Counted from the first letter of the stretch, positions 26,791 through 40,625 are shown. The stretch is DNA of 64,000 nt from Sphyrna mokarran (GCA_024679065.1 JAGIQG010000023.1:10106001-10170000); one strand, 5' to 3'. A program made the numbers and translations. The notes: a model not told the origin generated them from the sequence alone.

Positions 26791-27597
26791 TTTATGATTC
26801 TATGATTTCAATTGCACATGTGTACCCTTATTACCATGTCATTTCCTCCATAATAACAGTAAATGTTTGATAGCCTTCGCTGTTTCTCTCATTGGAAAAT
26901 CCAGGTCAATAATTCAATCCAGGAGACAGTAAAACTCCAATGTTTGTAACTGTTCACATTCTGGGCCAGGGAGATTGGTGTTACAAGACTGAACATTCTG
27001 TGACAATTTAATAGCTAATTAATTGTTAAATGTCACAATTACATTAAGTCAGGGAGGTTTAAGAATGATCCCTCATTTTCTCAAAGCTAATGGAGGAGAC
27101 GGAAAAAGCAGCCAGTAAATTGTGATGATTTGTAATTAGTTTGACATCTCTTCATTGTCTCTGTTCATTGGTCAGTTTACACACTGTGGTATTTTAAGCA
27201 AATTCTGGGTCTTTCTGTTTTCGGCAATAGTGCAGGAAGGGTCAGGGTGAATCACACCTCCCATGACATCAACAATCACATTGAGCGACATTGTCAAAGT
27301 TGGACAGTAACTGTCCACAGGTCACCAAAGAGGCAGATGTAGAGCCGTGCCTGCCAGAACAAGGAGATCAGCAGCTAAAAGGGATCTTTCGAGCTGGCAC
27401 ACCCAGTGATAGCAATGGCCAGCTGGGACCTCTGTTCTGGAGCTTTCTGAAGGATGGAATTTCCTGAGGCCTGGCTTGCTGCTTTCTTCAATCTTATTTC
27501 AATTCCGTATCAGAGTTTATTCGACGCACTTTCAACTTCGCAACAAAGAGCTGGGTGACAGACGATAAATACTGATCGAAACATTGCCAAGAAAACG

Positions 27598-27634
27598 ATG
27601 TGGATTCTTATTCTTTTCATCTTTTCTCTGCCTG
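27598..27634 (+). CDS. Gene B signal-peptide exon
   Basis: aaacgATG TGG ATT CTT...CTG CCT G|gtgagt. Encodes MWILILFIFSLP, phase 1, and joins the V exon as ...LPVSGALWAEK. Confidence 0.85.
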
Positions 27635-28254
27635 GTGAGTAAGGGACAAAACTGGGTATCAAGATGATGACTGTTAAATTAATTCTAGTGCATGGTTTAT
27701 CCTGCGGCAATATTTAAACCCTTGGAGACATGTAAAGCTATGAAAACTCAGCAAAAATAAATTAGTGGCATTTTGATGATATTTGTACCTATTTTGATGA
27801 TAGCATTGTACCACAGAAATGTTTACCTAGCAAATAATAAACAACATTATTGATTATGAATATAAATTAACCTATTCATTTTTCTAAAAAGCTACATGAT
27901 TAACATAATTAAAATATAGAAGCAACATACATAAGTCCAGTAAAAGTTAACTTGTTAATGTAGTTTCATGCTCACTATGTCCTGGAGACTGGAGAGTTTG
28001 ATTCACTCAGTTTGTTGGCGTGCAATGCAGAATGATTCCATTGGCAAGGGTTCAATCCTCAGACTGGCTGTGGTAGATTATGGAAATCTGTCTCCTCACC
28101 TTTCCCTGTTCCTGTGGAGTGGTTCCCCCCACACTGAATGTAACCAATTGTCTCTCCTTAATGTTGAGAACAGGTCTCAAGTTTTCAAATGTTTCTATTA
28201 ATAAAACTAATGTGATGAAATATAGCTTTGTGATGCTTTGTTGGTGACTTTGTT

Positions 28255-28590
28255 TCATAGAATCCCTACAGTGCACAAGAAGGCCATTTGGCCCATCGAG
28301 TCTGCACCAACTCTCTGACAGAGCATACAACCCCATTATTTACCTCTGGTATTTTCCTAACTTATGCATCTTGGAAAACCAAAGGTCATTTATCCTGCCA
28401 ATTTCCCTTACTCGAAGGGTAATTAAGCATGAGCAATCGACCACAGATACACATCTTGAAAGTGGGAAGAAAGCAGAGAAAGCAGAGCATCCATGCAAAC
28501 TCCACACAAATAGTCGAGGCTGAAATTGAACCCAGATACCTGGTGCAGTGAAGCAGCTGTGATCACCACTGTGCCACCGTGCCACCCAAT
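28255..28590 (-). mobile_element. HE1-like tRNA-derived SINE
   Basis: Reverse strand reads ggtggcacggtggcacagtgg (A box), gggttcaattt (B box) and tail gcactgtagggattctatg. Confidence 0.75.
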
Positions 28591-30230
28591 GGCTTGTACA
28601 TAGTTGTTTACTTTGGCCTTCCAAGATGTAATCCTTTTATTTTCATTCTTTAACATTTCACAAAGTAAATCTAAATTTTTATGCCAGCTCCATGTTAAAC
28701 TGATATTATTATACTGGCTGTAATGGAACTTTTGATTCATACTGCCACCTCCTCCTCAAGATGAACATTAGAAATAGGAGCAAGGAGTTGGCCATTTGTC
28801 CCTTTGAGCCGGCTCCATCATTCAGCAACATCCTGACTGATCTCCACTCTCAATTCTTATTTCCCGCACTATCCCCATATTCCTTGATTATGTTGTTGCC
28901 AAAAAATTGTATAAATCTCTGTGTTTAATATCCTTCAAGACTGAATATCTAAAGCTCTCTGGGATGGAGAATTCCAAAGATTCTCAACAACTTGAGTGAA
29001 TAAAAATCTCCTCATCACATCCTTCATGTCTGTCACTTTATTTTGAGACTGTGACCCTGTGTTGCAGAACGCCCAACCCTGGTAGGGTGGTACATATATG
29101 CTCAAAATGTACCCTATCAAGCTCCTTAAGAATTTTACACATTTCAATTCAATCAAATCTGATTTTTCCAACCGACAGGAGATATGTGGACTCAACCTGT
29201 TCTCATCCCATCCCCTTATTCCAAGAACCAGTCTTGAAAAGCTTCATTGCACTTTTTCCTGAATAATGTGCCATTCCTGGTGCACTGACCTTGGGGGAGA
29301 CTGAGGCCCAGATTGCCATTCCTGAGCCGTGTTTACTGAGTTGGGAAAAGCAAGAAAAAATGAGTCGGGATGGGTGACCCAGGAACAAATCCATAGGCTG
29401 CTCAGCCCGGAGGCGAGCTGGACACAAGGCCTGTTTCTGTGCCCCAGCGCCATGGTTCATAAATAAAATAATTTAAACAATCCAATAATCACTGTGGTCC
29501 TGACTGCTCAGCAAGGTTTATCCCAAAGAGTAGCTTCCCTCTCCAGAAGGTGTACCCTGACTGTCCAGAAGAATCCACCAAGTTTAAACTTTCTCTTAAC
29601 TATTCTAATCTGCATATTCCAGATTCCACACTCCTGATTATACAAAATCCCACTTCAGTCGAGGAAAGTGTTGAATTTAATGGCAATCCACCTCCACAAA
29701 TCACGTATGTGTAAATGACAGCCCAATTCCAGTCCCACTCCCAATCTCCGGACTTGGAAATTCCCAAGATTCTCCCCACGACAAAGAAGTTACAGACCTG
29801 GATGTCAGAATAATTTTCACATGAAGGTCATCACCAAGCTCTGTGAACGTGACTGGGGGAGGAAAATCTGAGCCATCTCGTCCCTCAGTATTACACTGGA
29901 ATGTTTCTGTAGATTTTATACTCTAGTCTCTGGAGTGGGACCTGACCCTGCAATCCACCCATTCAGAGGCACCAGTGCAAAGCTTGAGTGACAAGGTGAC
30001 ACAATAAAGTGGCCACTACACATTAACAAGAAATCATTGGCACTGAAGTACTTTAGCACTGACAGCACGGCTTTATATTCATGTTTTCATTCAGCACAAA
30101 CTAGAAAGAGAATGATGAATACAGATATTGGAGAGTTCCCTCTGTATACAGTGGTAAATCTTATTAAAATGTTTTTCTCTGCATTAAGCAGTTATTTACT
30201 TGGTCAATTGCTGAAATGTTGTCTCCTCAG

Positions 30231-30551
30231 TTTCAGGTGCATTGTGGGCAGAAAAGAGAGTCACAGGAATTGTGGGAAGAGCGATCACAATAAATTGCAA
30301 TTATACTGAACAATACAAAGAAAATGTGAAATATTGGTGTCAGGGTTGGACTGACCTGTGCTCATATTTAGTGAGAACGGATGATCCAGATGGACGGCGA
30401 AGGAGAATGTCGATCATAGATAATAAGACACAAGGAATATTTGTTGTTACAATGGAGGATCTTGACGCCAGAGATGCAGGATGGTACAGCTGTGCAATTG
30501 ATACAGTTGGCCAAGATCCAGCATTTACTGTGGAGCTGCAAATATCTTATG
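30231..30551 (+). CDS. Gene B CD300/pIgR-like V-type Ig exon
   Basis: gtctcctcag|TT...TATG|gtgtgt. 321 nt, phase 1-1, open. ITINCNY...KYWCQGWTDLC...DAGWYSC gives the canonical B-F Cys plus the C-C' Cys pair typical of CD300/pIgR/TREM V domains. Confidence 0.92.
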
Positions 30552-31449
30552 GTGTGTTATTCTCAATGATATTCTTTATTACTGAAATGCCTGATCCATG
30601 TTTTATCCGTGAGGAAACATTGACAGCTCCGATATCCCGAGGCTCTGCAACAATGCAGAGTCTGGCAGCTAGAGGACGGAGACCTGGAAATCTGACTCTT
30701 GTGACACAAACTCAATTTGTGGCCTGTCCGACATTCTGACCAAAGACTTCAAACATTATTAGACTAACAATTCCTTTAATTATAGGATATTGTGAAAGAC
30801 ATTACCTGCGATGCTCAGACTATGTTTCTGTCTCTGAAATGTATTAAATGTCACACTGTCAGATTTTTACAGTTTAGATCAATCTAATAGTCAGACATTA
30901 ACAAAGTGAAGTGAGCAGCCAGTTGGTAGTAATTGTACCTTGTTGGTTTAGCAGTGAATGGTGGGGCTGTGGCAGTGGGTGGGGGAGCACAGAGGAGTTA
31001 AATATACGGGAATTGACAATATGTTGGGAAGTCAGTCAAACTCCCAATATCCGTATCTATCCGCAATGTGTCAGTTTGTGCTTCTTTCAAATAAACTAGT
31101 GAAAACTCAGGGTGAAGCTGACAGATTAAAAGTTAACAAATTTGCAAATTTATCAATTCAATAATCCAATCTGGTGAAAAGGCCCTTAAAGGAATCAAAG
31201 AACAAAGGACAGTACAGCACAGGTATAGGCCCTTTGGCCCCTCCAAGCCTGCACCAAGCATATTTCCTTATCTAGGCCAAGCGCTTATATCTCTCTCCTC
31301 CCTCTTTGTTCATATGTCTGTCAAGATAAGTCTTAAATGTGGCTAATGTATCTGCCCTAACCATTTCACTTGGTATTCAATTCCAGATCCCCACCAATCT
31401 TTGAGTTAAAAAGTTCCCTGCACTTCTCCACTGAACCTTTCCCCCTTTA

Positions 31450-32260
31450 GGCGGAGAAGTGGCAGATGGACTTCAATGTGGATAAATGTGCAGTGGTCCA
31501 TTTTAGCAGGACCAACGGGATGAAGCAGTATAATATCAAAGGTAAGAGCCTTGGCAGTGTTGAGGAGCAGAAGGATCTTGGGGTCCGGGTCCATAGGACT
31601 CTTAAATCTTCCCTGCAAGTGGAGGATGTGGTCAAGAAGGCATATGGCGTACTGGCCTTCATTAATAGAGGGATTGAGTTTAGGAGTCGGGAGGTAATGC
31701 TGCAACTTTTTAGGACCCTTGTCAGACCCCACTTGGAGTACTGTGTGCAGTTCTGGTCGCCTCACAATAGGAAGGATGTGGAAGCTATTGAGAGGGTGCA
31801 GAGGAGATTTACAAGGAAGTTGCCTGGATTGGGGGGCATGCCTTACGAAGATAGGTTGAGAGAACTAAGTCTCTTCTCCCTGGAGAGATGAAGGTTGAGA
31901 GGCGACCTGATAGAGGTTTATAAAATGTTGAGAGGAATAGATAGAGTGGATAATCAGAGGCTATTTCCCAGGGCTGAAATGGTCACTACTAGAGGTCACA
32001 GGTTTAAGGTGCTGTTGGGCAAGTACAGAGGAGATGTTAGAGGTAAGTTTTTCACTCAGAGGGTGGTGAGTGAATGGAAACGGCTGCCGTCAGTAGTGGT
32101 AGAGGCAAACTCAGTGGAGTCTTTTAAGAGACTTCTGGATGAGTACATGGAATTTAATGGGTTTGGGAGTTACAGATAGTTCTATGGCCTGGTAGGTATA
32201 GATATGATCGGCACAACTTGTGGGTTGAAGGGCCTGTTTGTGCTATAGTGTTCTATGTTT
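31450..32260 (+). mobile_element. Relatively young 5'-truncated CR1 LINE nested in an antisense CR1 (~31195-32440)
   Basis: ORFs 31466-31891 and 31895-32179 are one RT C-terminal frame broken by a single TGA. Tail tgttctatgtt. The host sequence is continuous across the insert. Confidence 0.9.
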
Positions 32261-33411
32261 ATCTTGAACTTTGCCCCTTTGTAATTGTAATTTTGGCCCT
32301 GGGAAAAGCTTCCAATTGTTCACCCTATCTATACCTTTCATAATTTTATAAACTTCTATTAGATTACCCCTCAGCTTCCATTCTTCCAGGGAGAACATTC
32401 CCAGTTTATTCAACTTTTCTCATAGCTAATACCCTCCACACTAGAGAAAATCGATTCCCATGGTTCTGAGTGGTTCGTGAGGCCATTTGAAAGAACAGTT
32501 AAGAGTCAACCACATTGGTGTGGTTCTGGAGTCACATGTCGGCCAGACCAGGTAATGATGGTAGATTTCCTTCCCTAATGACATCAGTGACCCAGATGGG
32601 TTTTTTTGACAACCCAATGATTTCATGACCATCAGCACATTCTTAATTCCAGATTTTTTTCATTCAAATCAAATTTCCTAAGCTGCCATGGAGGGATTTG
32701 AACCAGGCCTCCAGAACATTAGCTCAGACTCTTCATTAATACTTTTGTGATAACACCACTAGACCATCACTTCCCTGTGGGCAAATGCATATCTTTGGTT
32801 ATGGGAGGAAACTGAAGCACCCAAAGAAAAACCACGCAGACACAGGGAGAATGTGCAAACTGTGCACTGACCACACAGCTGACGCTGGAATTGAATCCGG
32901 GTCCCTGGCGCTGTGAGGCTGCAATGCTAATCACTGTGTCACTGTGCCACACTGGATTGACTGAACAAGCAATCCAATCTAACCCCACCATCTAGTTCTT
33001 ACCCAGAGCCCGGTAGGCTACACCATCTCAAATTTAATCCATTTTCTTTAATGTGATCAGGTTATCCGCCTCTCACACCCTCTCCCACTCTTCCAGGCAG
33101 TGAGCTCTGGATTCTCAAAATGCCCCGAGTGAAATAACCCATTGCCCCAAATCTCCTCTAATCCAATCACCAATTAATTTAAATCTTTGTCTCCTGCTTC
33201 ATGGTCTGATCTGTAGAGCTGCTTTGTTCTGATATAATAGTAGAGATTGTAGTTCAGGCTGTTTGGAGGATGCAGAGATATGGAGAGCAAGATGTGTTAG
33301 TGAAATTGCAACATAACTGACCCTGAATGAGAGGTTGATGAACTGAAATACACAGAGTGTTTGATTTTTAGATGTTCAGTCAGTTTCTGAATGTTTGTTT
33401 CTTTCCCACAG

Positions 33412-33735
33412 AACCCGTGTCTGTTCCTCAACTGAGATTTCCATCACCACCAAATGCCTCATGTTCTGGGGGCTCAGTGTCCGTCTCCTGTAAGTCTGCC
33501 CAGGGATCACTTCCCATTCAGTACACATGGTATGAAAGGACCCCATCTAAAGATTCAAAGATCTCTGACACCAATAAACTGGATTTACATTGCCAATCCT
33601 TCACAGAGCAACATCATCAATATTACTGCACAGCCTCAAATAACCAGGGAGACAAATCCAGTGAAATGGTTAATGTGTCAGCGATCAACACTTCAGAGAA
33701 AGGCTGCAGTTATGTGACACAAATCAGCAGTGTTG
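33412..33735 (+). CDS. Gene B C2-like Ig exon
   Basis: ctttcccacag|AA...GTTG|gtaagt. 324 nt, phase 1-1. EPVSVP...VSCKSAQGSLPIQYTWY...YYCTASNNQG. Confidence 0.92.
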
Positions 33736-35012
33736 GTAAGTGTCACTATAAAACACCAATATAAACTGAATTTTTAAAAAAGTTTATCCAAATTGTTTAC
33801 AGCCAAAGTTGGTTCAGTCTCTCAGCAACTGGAACTGGTCACATTGATTCTATCCGGTCCCTGAAGATCTGCATTTTTGATGGAAATGAAATCATAAAAT
33901 ATTGTAGACATTCCAGTCACCCCACAAAATCAAAAGGAAGCTTGATTCACTGACAGTTTAGAAAGCTACGTGCCCATTTCTAAATGGAACTTCTAAAGGC
34001 TTGGGAAAGATGTCAAGGACAGAGTGTTGAAGAGTTGAATTCTGTTGACAGTCGAGGTGAAAGATTTTTAACACTGAAGCATTAAACATTCTTTTAATGC
34101 AACTGATACCTCCTGCCTTGTTCACAGTGAGCCGGCACAATAATTCTCTGTTAAAGGAGCAGTTTGTTCCTGACATACGTTTGGTGAAGAAAATTAGCCT
34201 GTGAAGCTTGTTGCATTGAGCTGTGCTTCTGGAAGATTTTATATCAATGCAACTCATTTCTCACATTTTGCAGCAGATTCTTCACTGAAACAAACTCAAT
34301 TATGGGAATTCTCCGTGGGGATGGGGGCCGGGGGAAGAGAGGGGTCGGGGTGTTTGGCAGTGAAGGGTGAGGGGGGGCTCTACAGACAGCAACATGGACT
34401 AATTCCATAAAATTGTCAGAAAATTGACTGCCGATGAGCAATGTTTCCTGTCACTGATATAAGATCAGAAAACTGTCCTCTAGACAGGGAACAGCCATTG
34501 TCAATAATAACCGGAGACTGGTTGATGTATTCATTTTAATAGAAAGTTTCCTTAAACAGCGAAACTCCATCAAATATGATCCACCTCTCCATTCAGCAAC
34601 AACAGTAATTCCACATTCAATATTTCACTGTGTATTCATTGCAGAGCTGACCTTCAAGACATTATTATAATTTTTGTTGTGCCCCCAGGAACAGATTGTC
34701 CAGTGGTGGCAGAGTCCAGCTCTCTGATGAAAAGTTTCCTTTCTGCTTCGAGGAGACAGAGCAGGCGATATCAGAATTACAAAACTGGGTCCTTACTAAT
34801 AACTGTAAGAGCAATGCCCAGGCATAGGAACAATATAAAAATGTTAAGAATAAACTAGGCCCTTTCCCCACTACCACACAGGGAAACATTAGAAGGAAAT
34901 GAATTCTCCCAAATCCATTCTCCCAACCACATCCTAATGTTCCATTTGGGAAAAGGGTTCTTTCGGTTGATTTAATCAGATTAGTCTGAATACTATCCTC
35001 ATGTCTCGATAG

Positions 35013-35094
35013 GAGCTGAATATACTTGTCAAGTTTTAACAAAATCACCCACAACTGCAACCACATCTTCAGGATCTACACCTGTCACTGAAAG
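35013..35094 (+). CDS. Gene B Ser/Thr-rich stalk exon
   Basis: catgtctcgatag|GA...GAAAG|gtacag. 82 nt, phase 1 to 2. Encodes GAEYTCQVLTKSPTTATTSSGSTPVTE. Confidence 0.85.
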
Positions 35095-35404
35095 GTACAG
35101 TATTCTCGTTACTGATGTTTCCATTAGCATTGCGTTCCAATCAAAATCAATGATTATCAGTTTTGGCATGAGGGCTTACAATAATTTATCTGAATAGAAA
35201 TGCTAGCTATGTTTACATTGTGCTGTTATCCTGGCTTCCAAACAAGTTCTGTTTCTGTCATTGGAAATTCTTTACCTGCTTAGCAGAAAGAAATTAATAT
35301 TTTGGTTTGCCAACTTTCATATTGTACAACTTTCATTCTTCATGTTAGTCATTTCACCATGAACCCAATCTCATGGAACTGTGCCTGTCACACTCCAGCG
35401 ATGA

Positions 35405-35535
35405 TATAGAGATGCTGGCGTTGGATTGGGGTGAACACAGTAAGAAGTCTGACAACACCAGGTTTAAGTCCAACCGACTTATTTAATAATAAACTCACAC
35501 AAGCTTTCGAGGTTCTGCTCTTCATCAGGTGAATC
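35405..35535 (+). mobile_element. Short Penelope-like terminal fragment specific to the gene B copy
   Basis: aagaagtctgacaacaccaggtttaagtccaac matches the 19.3-kb element. Flanked by duplicated cactccagcgat/cactccagtgat and absent at the paralogous ~16440. Confidence 0.55.
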
Positions 35536-36188
35536 ACTCCAGTGATGCCAGATTTCCTTAACCCTGTGTATTCTGGAGTATCGCTGATAGGAACATTGCA
35601 CTCACTGTCATCTTCTCCTTCTCAGTTGCCTGATTTAATACATTGTTCCCAAACTGAGCAGTTAAAGGCTGTCTGCTTCCTGCTGATTTCAAATTTCCTG
35701 TTAGGAGGTGCACCAGGGAATTGTGGAATGTTAAAAACAGAAAGTTCTGGAAAAAACTCAGCAAGTCTGGCAGCATCTGTGGAGAGAAGAGCAGAGTTAA
35801 CATTGAGTGGAATATGATTCTACTTTGGAACAGTGTGGGATGATATTATTGGAAGATTTTTACTCACCAAACAGATATCTCACCATTGTTATATTGCACC
35901 AGACAATGTTGCTGTCCCAGTTACCAGTCAATTCATAACATTTTTACTTCTAAGATTTTACTCAGCATTACAGATATACAGAGGAAATTTAATGAAAGCA
36001 GCTCCATTTGATCTTATCTAATGATCATGAAGTTAATCAGTGAAACTCTAGTTGATTGCTCCAGTTAACGTGCCTTGTCTGTGCGGGGCTGCTACAATAA
36101 GTCAGAGTGTAAAGAGAAGATTAATGTTTCAAGCATGAAGTTGCCTCATTCCATTCAAATCATTCTGTATTTCTTCCAGTTTGCTCAG

Positions 36189-36279
36189 TTTCATTATCTG
36201 GAATGTGATTCGCTGGGGGCTGTTTACCCTTTTGGTGATTTGTGCTATTTCGGTCACATGGTACACGAGAAAATCTCAG
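36189..36279 (+). CDS. Gene B TM exon with intramembrane Arg (activating type)
   Basis: ttgctcag|T...TCTCAG|gtgagg. 91 nt, phase 2 to 0. Encodes (S)FIIWNVIRWGLFTLLVICAISVTWYTRKSQ. Confidence 0.88.
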
Positions 36280-38147
36280 GTGAGGATTACCGACTTTACA
36301 ACAATTATTCTGAGCACCTTGTGACTATCACAGATATTGTGTAGAGAAAATTGCATTGATGTCAATGTCCACAGGATTAAACACAAAATTTTACCTTTCA
36401 TTTCCAAGTGTGGTAGGGGCAGGAAAAGAGGTGATGAAGAAATATGGCTAAGAGCTATGTGTATAAATGTTGAAGGGACAGGACGCTGCTCATCCCACCA
36501 GAAATTTAGATTTTTAAAGGTTAGAAACATATTTCTAAAGGTCACTCTGATGCACAAAAGTTAAAATGGACGCCCCCCCTCCTCTCGTTGCACAACCCAA
36601 TGCAGCCCCCCTCCCCGTCCCCCAATACTACCTTTAACACTGACCCCTGCCACTGCATGGATCCTGTACCAGCACTGACCCCTGGTGCTGCATGGACACT
36701 GCCATTGGCACTGACCCCTGACAATGCATGGACACTGCCCTTGGCCCCTGGCATTGCATAGACACTATCACTTGTATCCACTCCTGGCACTACACTGATA
36801 CTGTCCCAGCACTGATCCCTGGTGCTGCATGGACACTGCCGCTGGCACTGATCCCTGGCACTAAATGAACATTGACACTGACCTCTGGCACTGAATGGAC
36901 ATTGCCCCAGCACTGACCCTTGGTGATGAGTCTGGAGTCACATGGAGGTCAGACTGCATAAGGAAAATAAATATCCTTCCCTGAAGGGCATTAGTGAGGA
37001 TTTATGACAATTTATGACTATTTATCACCATCTCCAACCAACTAGTTGGATTTCTACAACAATTGATGACAAGCTTCCTGGTCACCATTGGTCAGATTTT
37101 CAATTCCAGATTGAATTTGAATTCATTGTATTATATCCCACCAGCTGAAGTCATGTTAAAGTCATGTTCCCAGCATTTTATTATCAGCGTTTGGATTATT
37201 AGCCCAGTTACTTTGACACTAAACCAGCATCTCTGCAATATCAATACGTCAAAATGATACAGTGAATAATGGAGTAAATTATTTGCAGATGTTGCACAAA
37301 TTTGCTGCATTTCCTCACACTTGGAGATTGATGGCATAGGTGATTGACATTTTTATGGGATTCAATATGGTAGGTACAGAGAAACTCTTTGCCCAGTGGG
37401 GAGATGGAGTACATGGAACCATAACCTAAAAGTGAGGGCTTAGATACTTAGGAGTGAAATTAGGAAGCATTATTTTCATACAACTAGTCATGGAAATCTG
37501 GAATTGATCATCCTAAAATCTGTTGATGCAGGGCCTATTTGATTTCTCACAGCTGGGATTCAATAAGACAGGGACCCAGCTTCAATTTTGTCCTTGGGTG
37601 ACTGTGTAGTGTTGCAGGTTGGTGCAAGAGGCTTGAGGAGCTGAATGAGTTGTTTTTGTTGCTGTATTCCTGTGTAACCCATTCATGAAAAAAAATTCCA
37701 TTTTAACATCCAAACTTATTAAACAGTCAACAAAAGAGAAAGGAAGAAAATTGGAAAGGTTATAAAAAGGCAACAGTGATCACTGTGTGTAGGCCAGAAC
37801 TGGAGGAGATTTCAAATTATGCAGAGAGCAGTAAGAGGCTGAGACACCGACCCAGCACCAACTGGACTGTATAAAATATTTCAGAAATATGGATGTAACA
37901 ATCCATTTCTCCAATCAACTGTCCTTAATTACAGCTGCAGGGGAGCATGTTTTTTTGTGGATAAATAATGTTATACGTGTTCATGAAAATTACAAACGAG
38001 TGTTCCCAGCGAACACGCAATGGGTGATCAATGCGATCTCGAAACTGCCCCAAATTGTTGCTATTTCCTGAATTCTGTTCAAGACTGAAATGTCAATTGA
38101 TGCATTGTTCTCCCTGTCTCAATGAATTTGATGATTTTCTTTTCCAG

Positions 38148-38177
38148 TCATTCAATGAATCCAAATTTCACAGTTAA
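38148..38177 (+). CDS. Gene B probable terminal exon (short tail SFNESKFHS*)
   Basis: Strong acceptor gattttcttttccag, phase 0, conserved in gene A (~19844). Alternative acceptors or read-through would also give a short tail. Confidence 0.5.
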   Translation, partial: SFNESKFHS

Positions 38178-40328
38178 ACCAAAACTGGGAAAATGAAGAT
38201 TCCGGAATTTCATCTACATTGAAGGAATTTTGCATCCTAGTCAAATATTCAATCCCCGTCCAGCTTTGAACAATTCTTTTCACAAAACTGCATAATAGAA
38301 TATATTTTCATCATTAAATGAAGCCTGAATGGCGTGCTTGTTAGGGTGCATTGGTCATGCTGAATTCTCGCTCTGTGAACACGAACTGGCGCCAGAGTGT
38401 GGCGACTGGGGGATTTTCACAGTAACTTCATTGCAATTATTAAGGAAACAATATCAGGGTCTTTGGAAAGTTATAATGATCAGATTGGATTAATGAAATG
38501 GAAATTATGTCTGACAAATTTACTAGAGTTCTTTGAAGAGATATCAGCCAGGGTAGATAGAGGAGAACCAGTCAATGTTGTACATTTGGATTTTCAAAAG
38601 GCGTTTGATAAGGTACCATACAAAAAGTTGATATGCAAGAGGGTGTTGTTGCAAATATTCTGGTATGAATCGAAGATTGGCTAATGTGACAATTCTGTGA
38701 CTTTAAAGAACGTATTTGTCAGGTTTCTTACAAGGATTTGTTTGAGCAGATTTTTCTTTGTAATATATGCTGGCTTGTCCAGCAGGCATATGTTGTTACT
38801 ACAGCAGCATAATTGCTCCTAACTATTAGGATGTTTGTGTTAATCTGGACTACTGCTTTTCTGTTTGATTTTCAGTGGCTCCCCTGGACTTTGGCAGAAT
38901 AGGGCTTATTAGGTTGAGTGACAAGTGCAGTCATATCACTGGGTGGAGCTAGGTTTACACAGAAAAATCAAGTTAACCCCTGCTTTGAGTTTTAGAGAGT
39001 AGTGTCTCTCAGTTTCTCTCTCTGAAATTGGAGACTGGAATTTGCCAGGAAGCAAGTCTCTTTGTCTGAGAAAGTGATGATTTGGAAGCTAAAGGGTGAG
39101 ATATCCATTTCCAATTCTGAAGTCTGAAGACTAGGAGTTGCCACAGGCTAGGCTTACTTCTCTGAAGTTCTGCTATTTGGAATATATCCTTCTCTAAAAA
39201 TGTTGTCATGATGTTTGTCTAGAGGTATTAAAAGGTTGGACACAAAGGGTCCATGAAGCATGTTTGCTTTCTTTGCTAAATGTTTCTCAAGAAGGGATTT
39301 ATATCTCACTGGGGGATGTACTAAATTGGAACATCAGTGATAGCTAGCTTGTAAGAATTTTACTTTGTTATGTTTAAGTATTTTAATTGGTAAAAGTTAC
39401 GCTAATTCTTTTTTTAATACTTTATCTGTTTCTTAAACAAGTTTCCTTATAGGTCACTTGAATCATAGCTGGAGTAAAATCTAATTCAAAAATCAAATCT
39501 AAAAGTTTGGGTCTAGACTACTTTTATGAAATACCTTGGAGTGCCTGGTCTGATCCTTAATAGAGAATATGATGGGGTGGATGCTGAGAGACACTACAAC
39601 TCACAGATACTATTTAAATATAAGGTTTCTCCCATTGAAGACAGAGATGGGAAGATTTATTTTCTCTCAGAGGGTTGTGAATTTTTGGAACTCTCTTTCC
39701 CAGAGGGTGCTTGAGGCAGGATCAATAAATATTTTTCAAATAAAACTTGGAAGATTCTAGACTAGCAAGGAAATCAAAGATTATGAGGGTCAGTGAGACA
39801 TAAAGTTGAGATCACAATCAGATCAACCATGATATTATCAAGTGCCAGATTAGGCATGAGGGGCTGTGTTTGTATACAGTGACTTTGCTTCACAAAAAGC
39901 TCTTTAATGAGTTTCAGTGTATATCTGTCCAGGTATAAATTTAAAGAGTATTATTCTATATCGCACATGACATACTGTTGTGATACCTTTCACGTACCCT
40001 TCACTCACATGTATGAACTCATTGAGTGGTTCCCAATATCACATAACCTCAATAATAAAATCTCATCCTCTATTCAAATTTTTCCATGGTCTTGTCAGTC
40101 CCTATCTTTACAAATGTTTCTGCAAATCTTGTTGTTCCCTCAACTCTGGCTTCTCATGTATTTCCAATTCTTCATCACATCGCAAACAATAATGTTTCCA
40201 ATTGTCTAGATTCCAAAGTCCAGCAACCTCTCCCAAAAACTGACCAGTCTCTTTGATCTAATCTTTGCCTCAGCAACAACACTTGTCTGATGACATTATT
40301 GTAATATGCCTGAGGAGCTTTTACTAGA

Positions 40329-40625
40329 CAGCATGGTGGCACAGTGGTTAGCACTGCTGCCTCAGAGTGCCAGGGACTCAGAGTTCAGGTCTGACTGTCA
40401 GTTCACACATTCTCCTCTCCATGTTTGCATGCGTTTCTTCCGGGTGCTCCCATTTCATCCCACAATTCAAAGATGTGAGGGTTAGATTAATGGTCCATGC
40501 TAAGTTGCCCCATAAGGTTAGGGGTTAGCAGGGTAAATATATGAGGTTATGAGATAGGGATGGGTGGCAAGATATAGACTTGATGGACCGAATGGCCTCT
40601 ATCTGCACTGCGGGATTCTATAATG
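40329..40625 (+). mobile_element. HE1-like tRNA-derived SINE
   Basis: cagcatggtggcacagtggttagcactgctgcctca head and gcactgcgggattcta tail. Confidence 0.8.

Noticed and set aside
34645-34670. Apparent terminal exon ELTFKTLL* after the C2 exon (also at ~15717 in gene A), which would make gene B secreted
   Set aside because: A phase-compatible stalk exon (35013-35094) and TM exon (36189-36279) exist downstream. At most this is an unproven alternative splice.
34665-35066. 133-aa minus-strand ORF partly shared with 15884-16111
   Set aside because: It is antisense to a gene B intron and stalk exon, is truncated in the duplicate, and has no recognisable domain.
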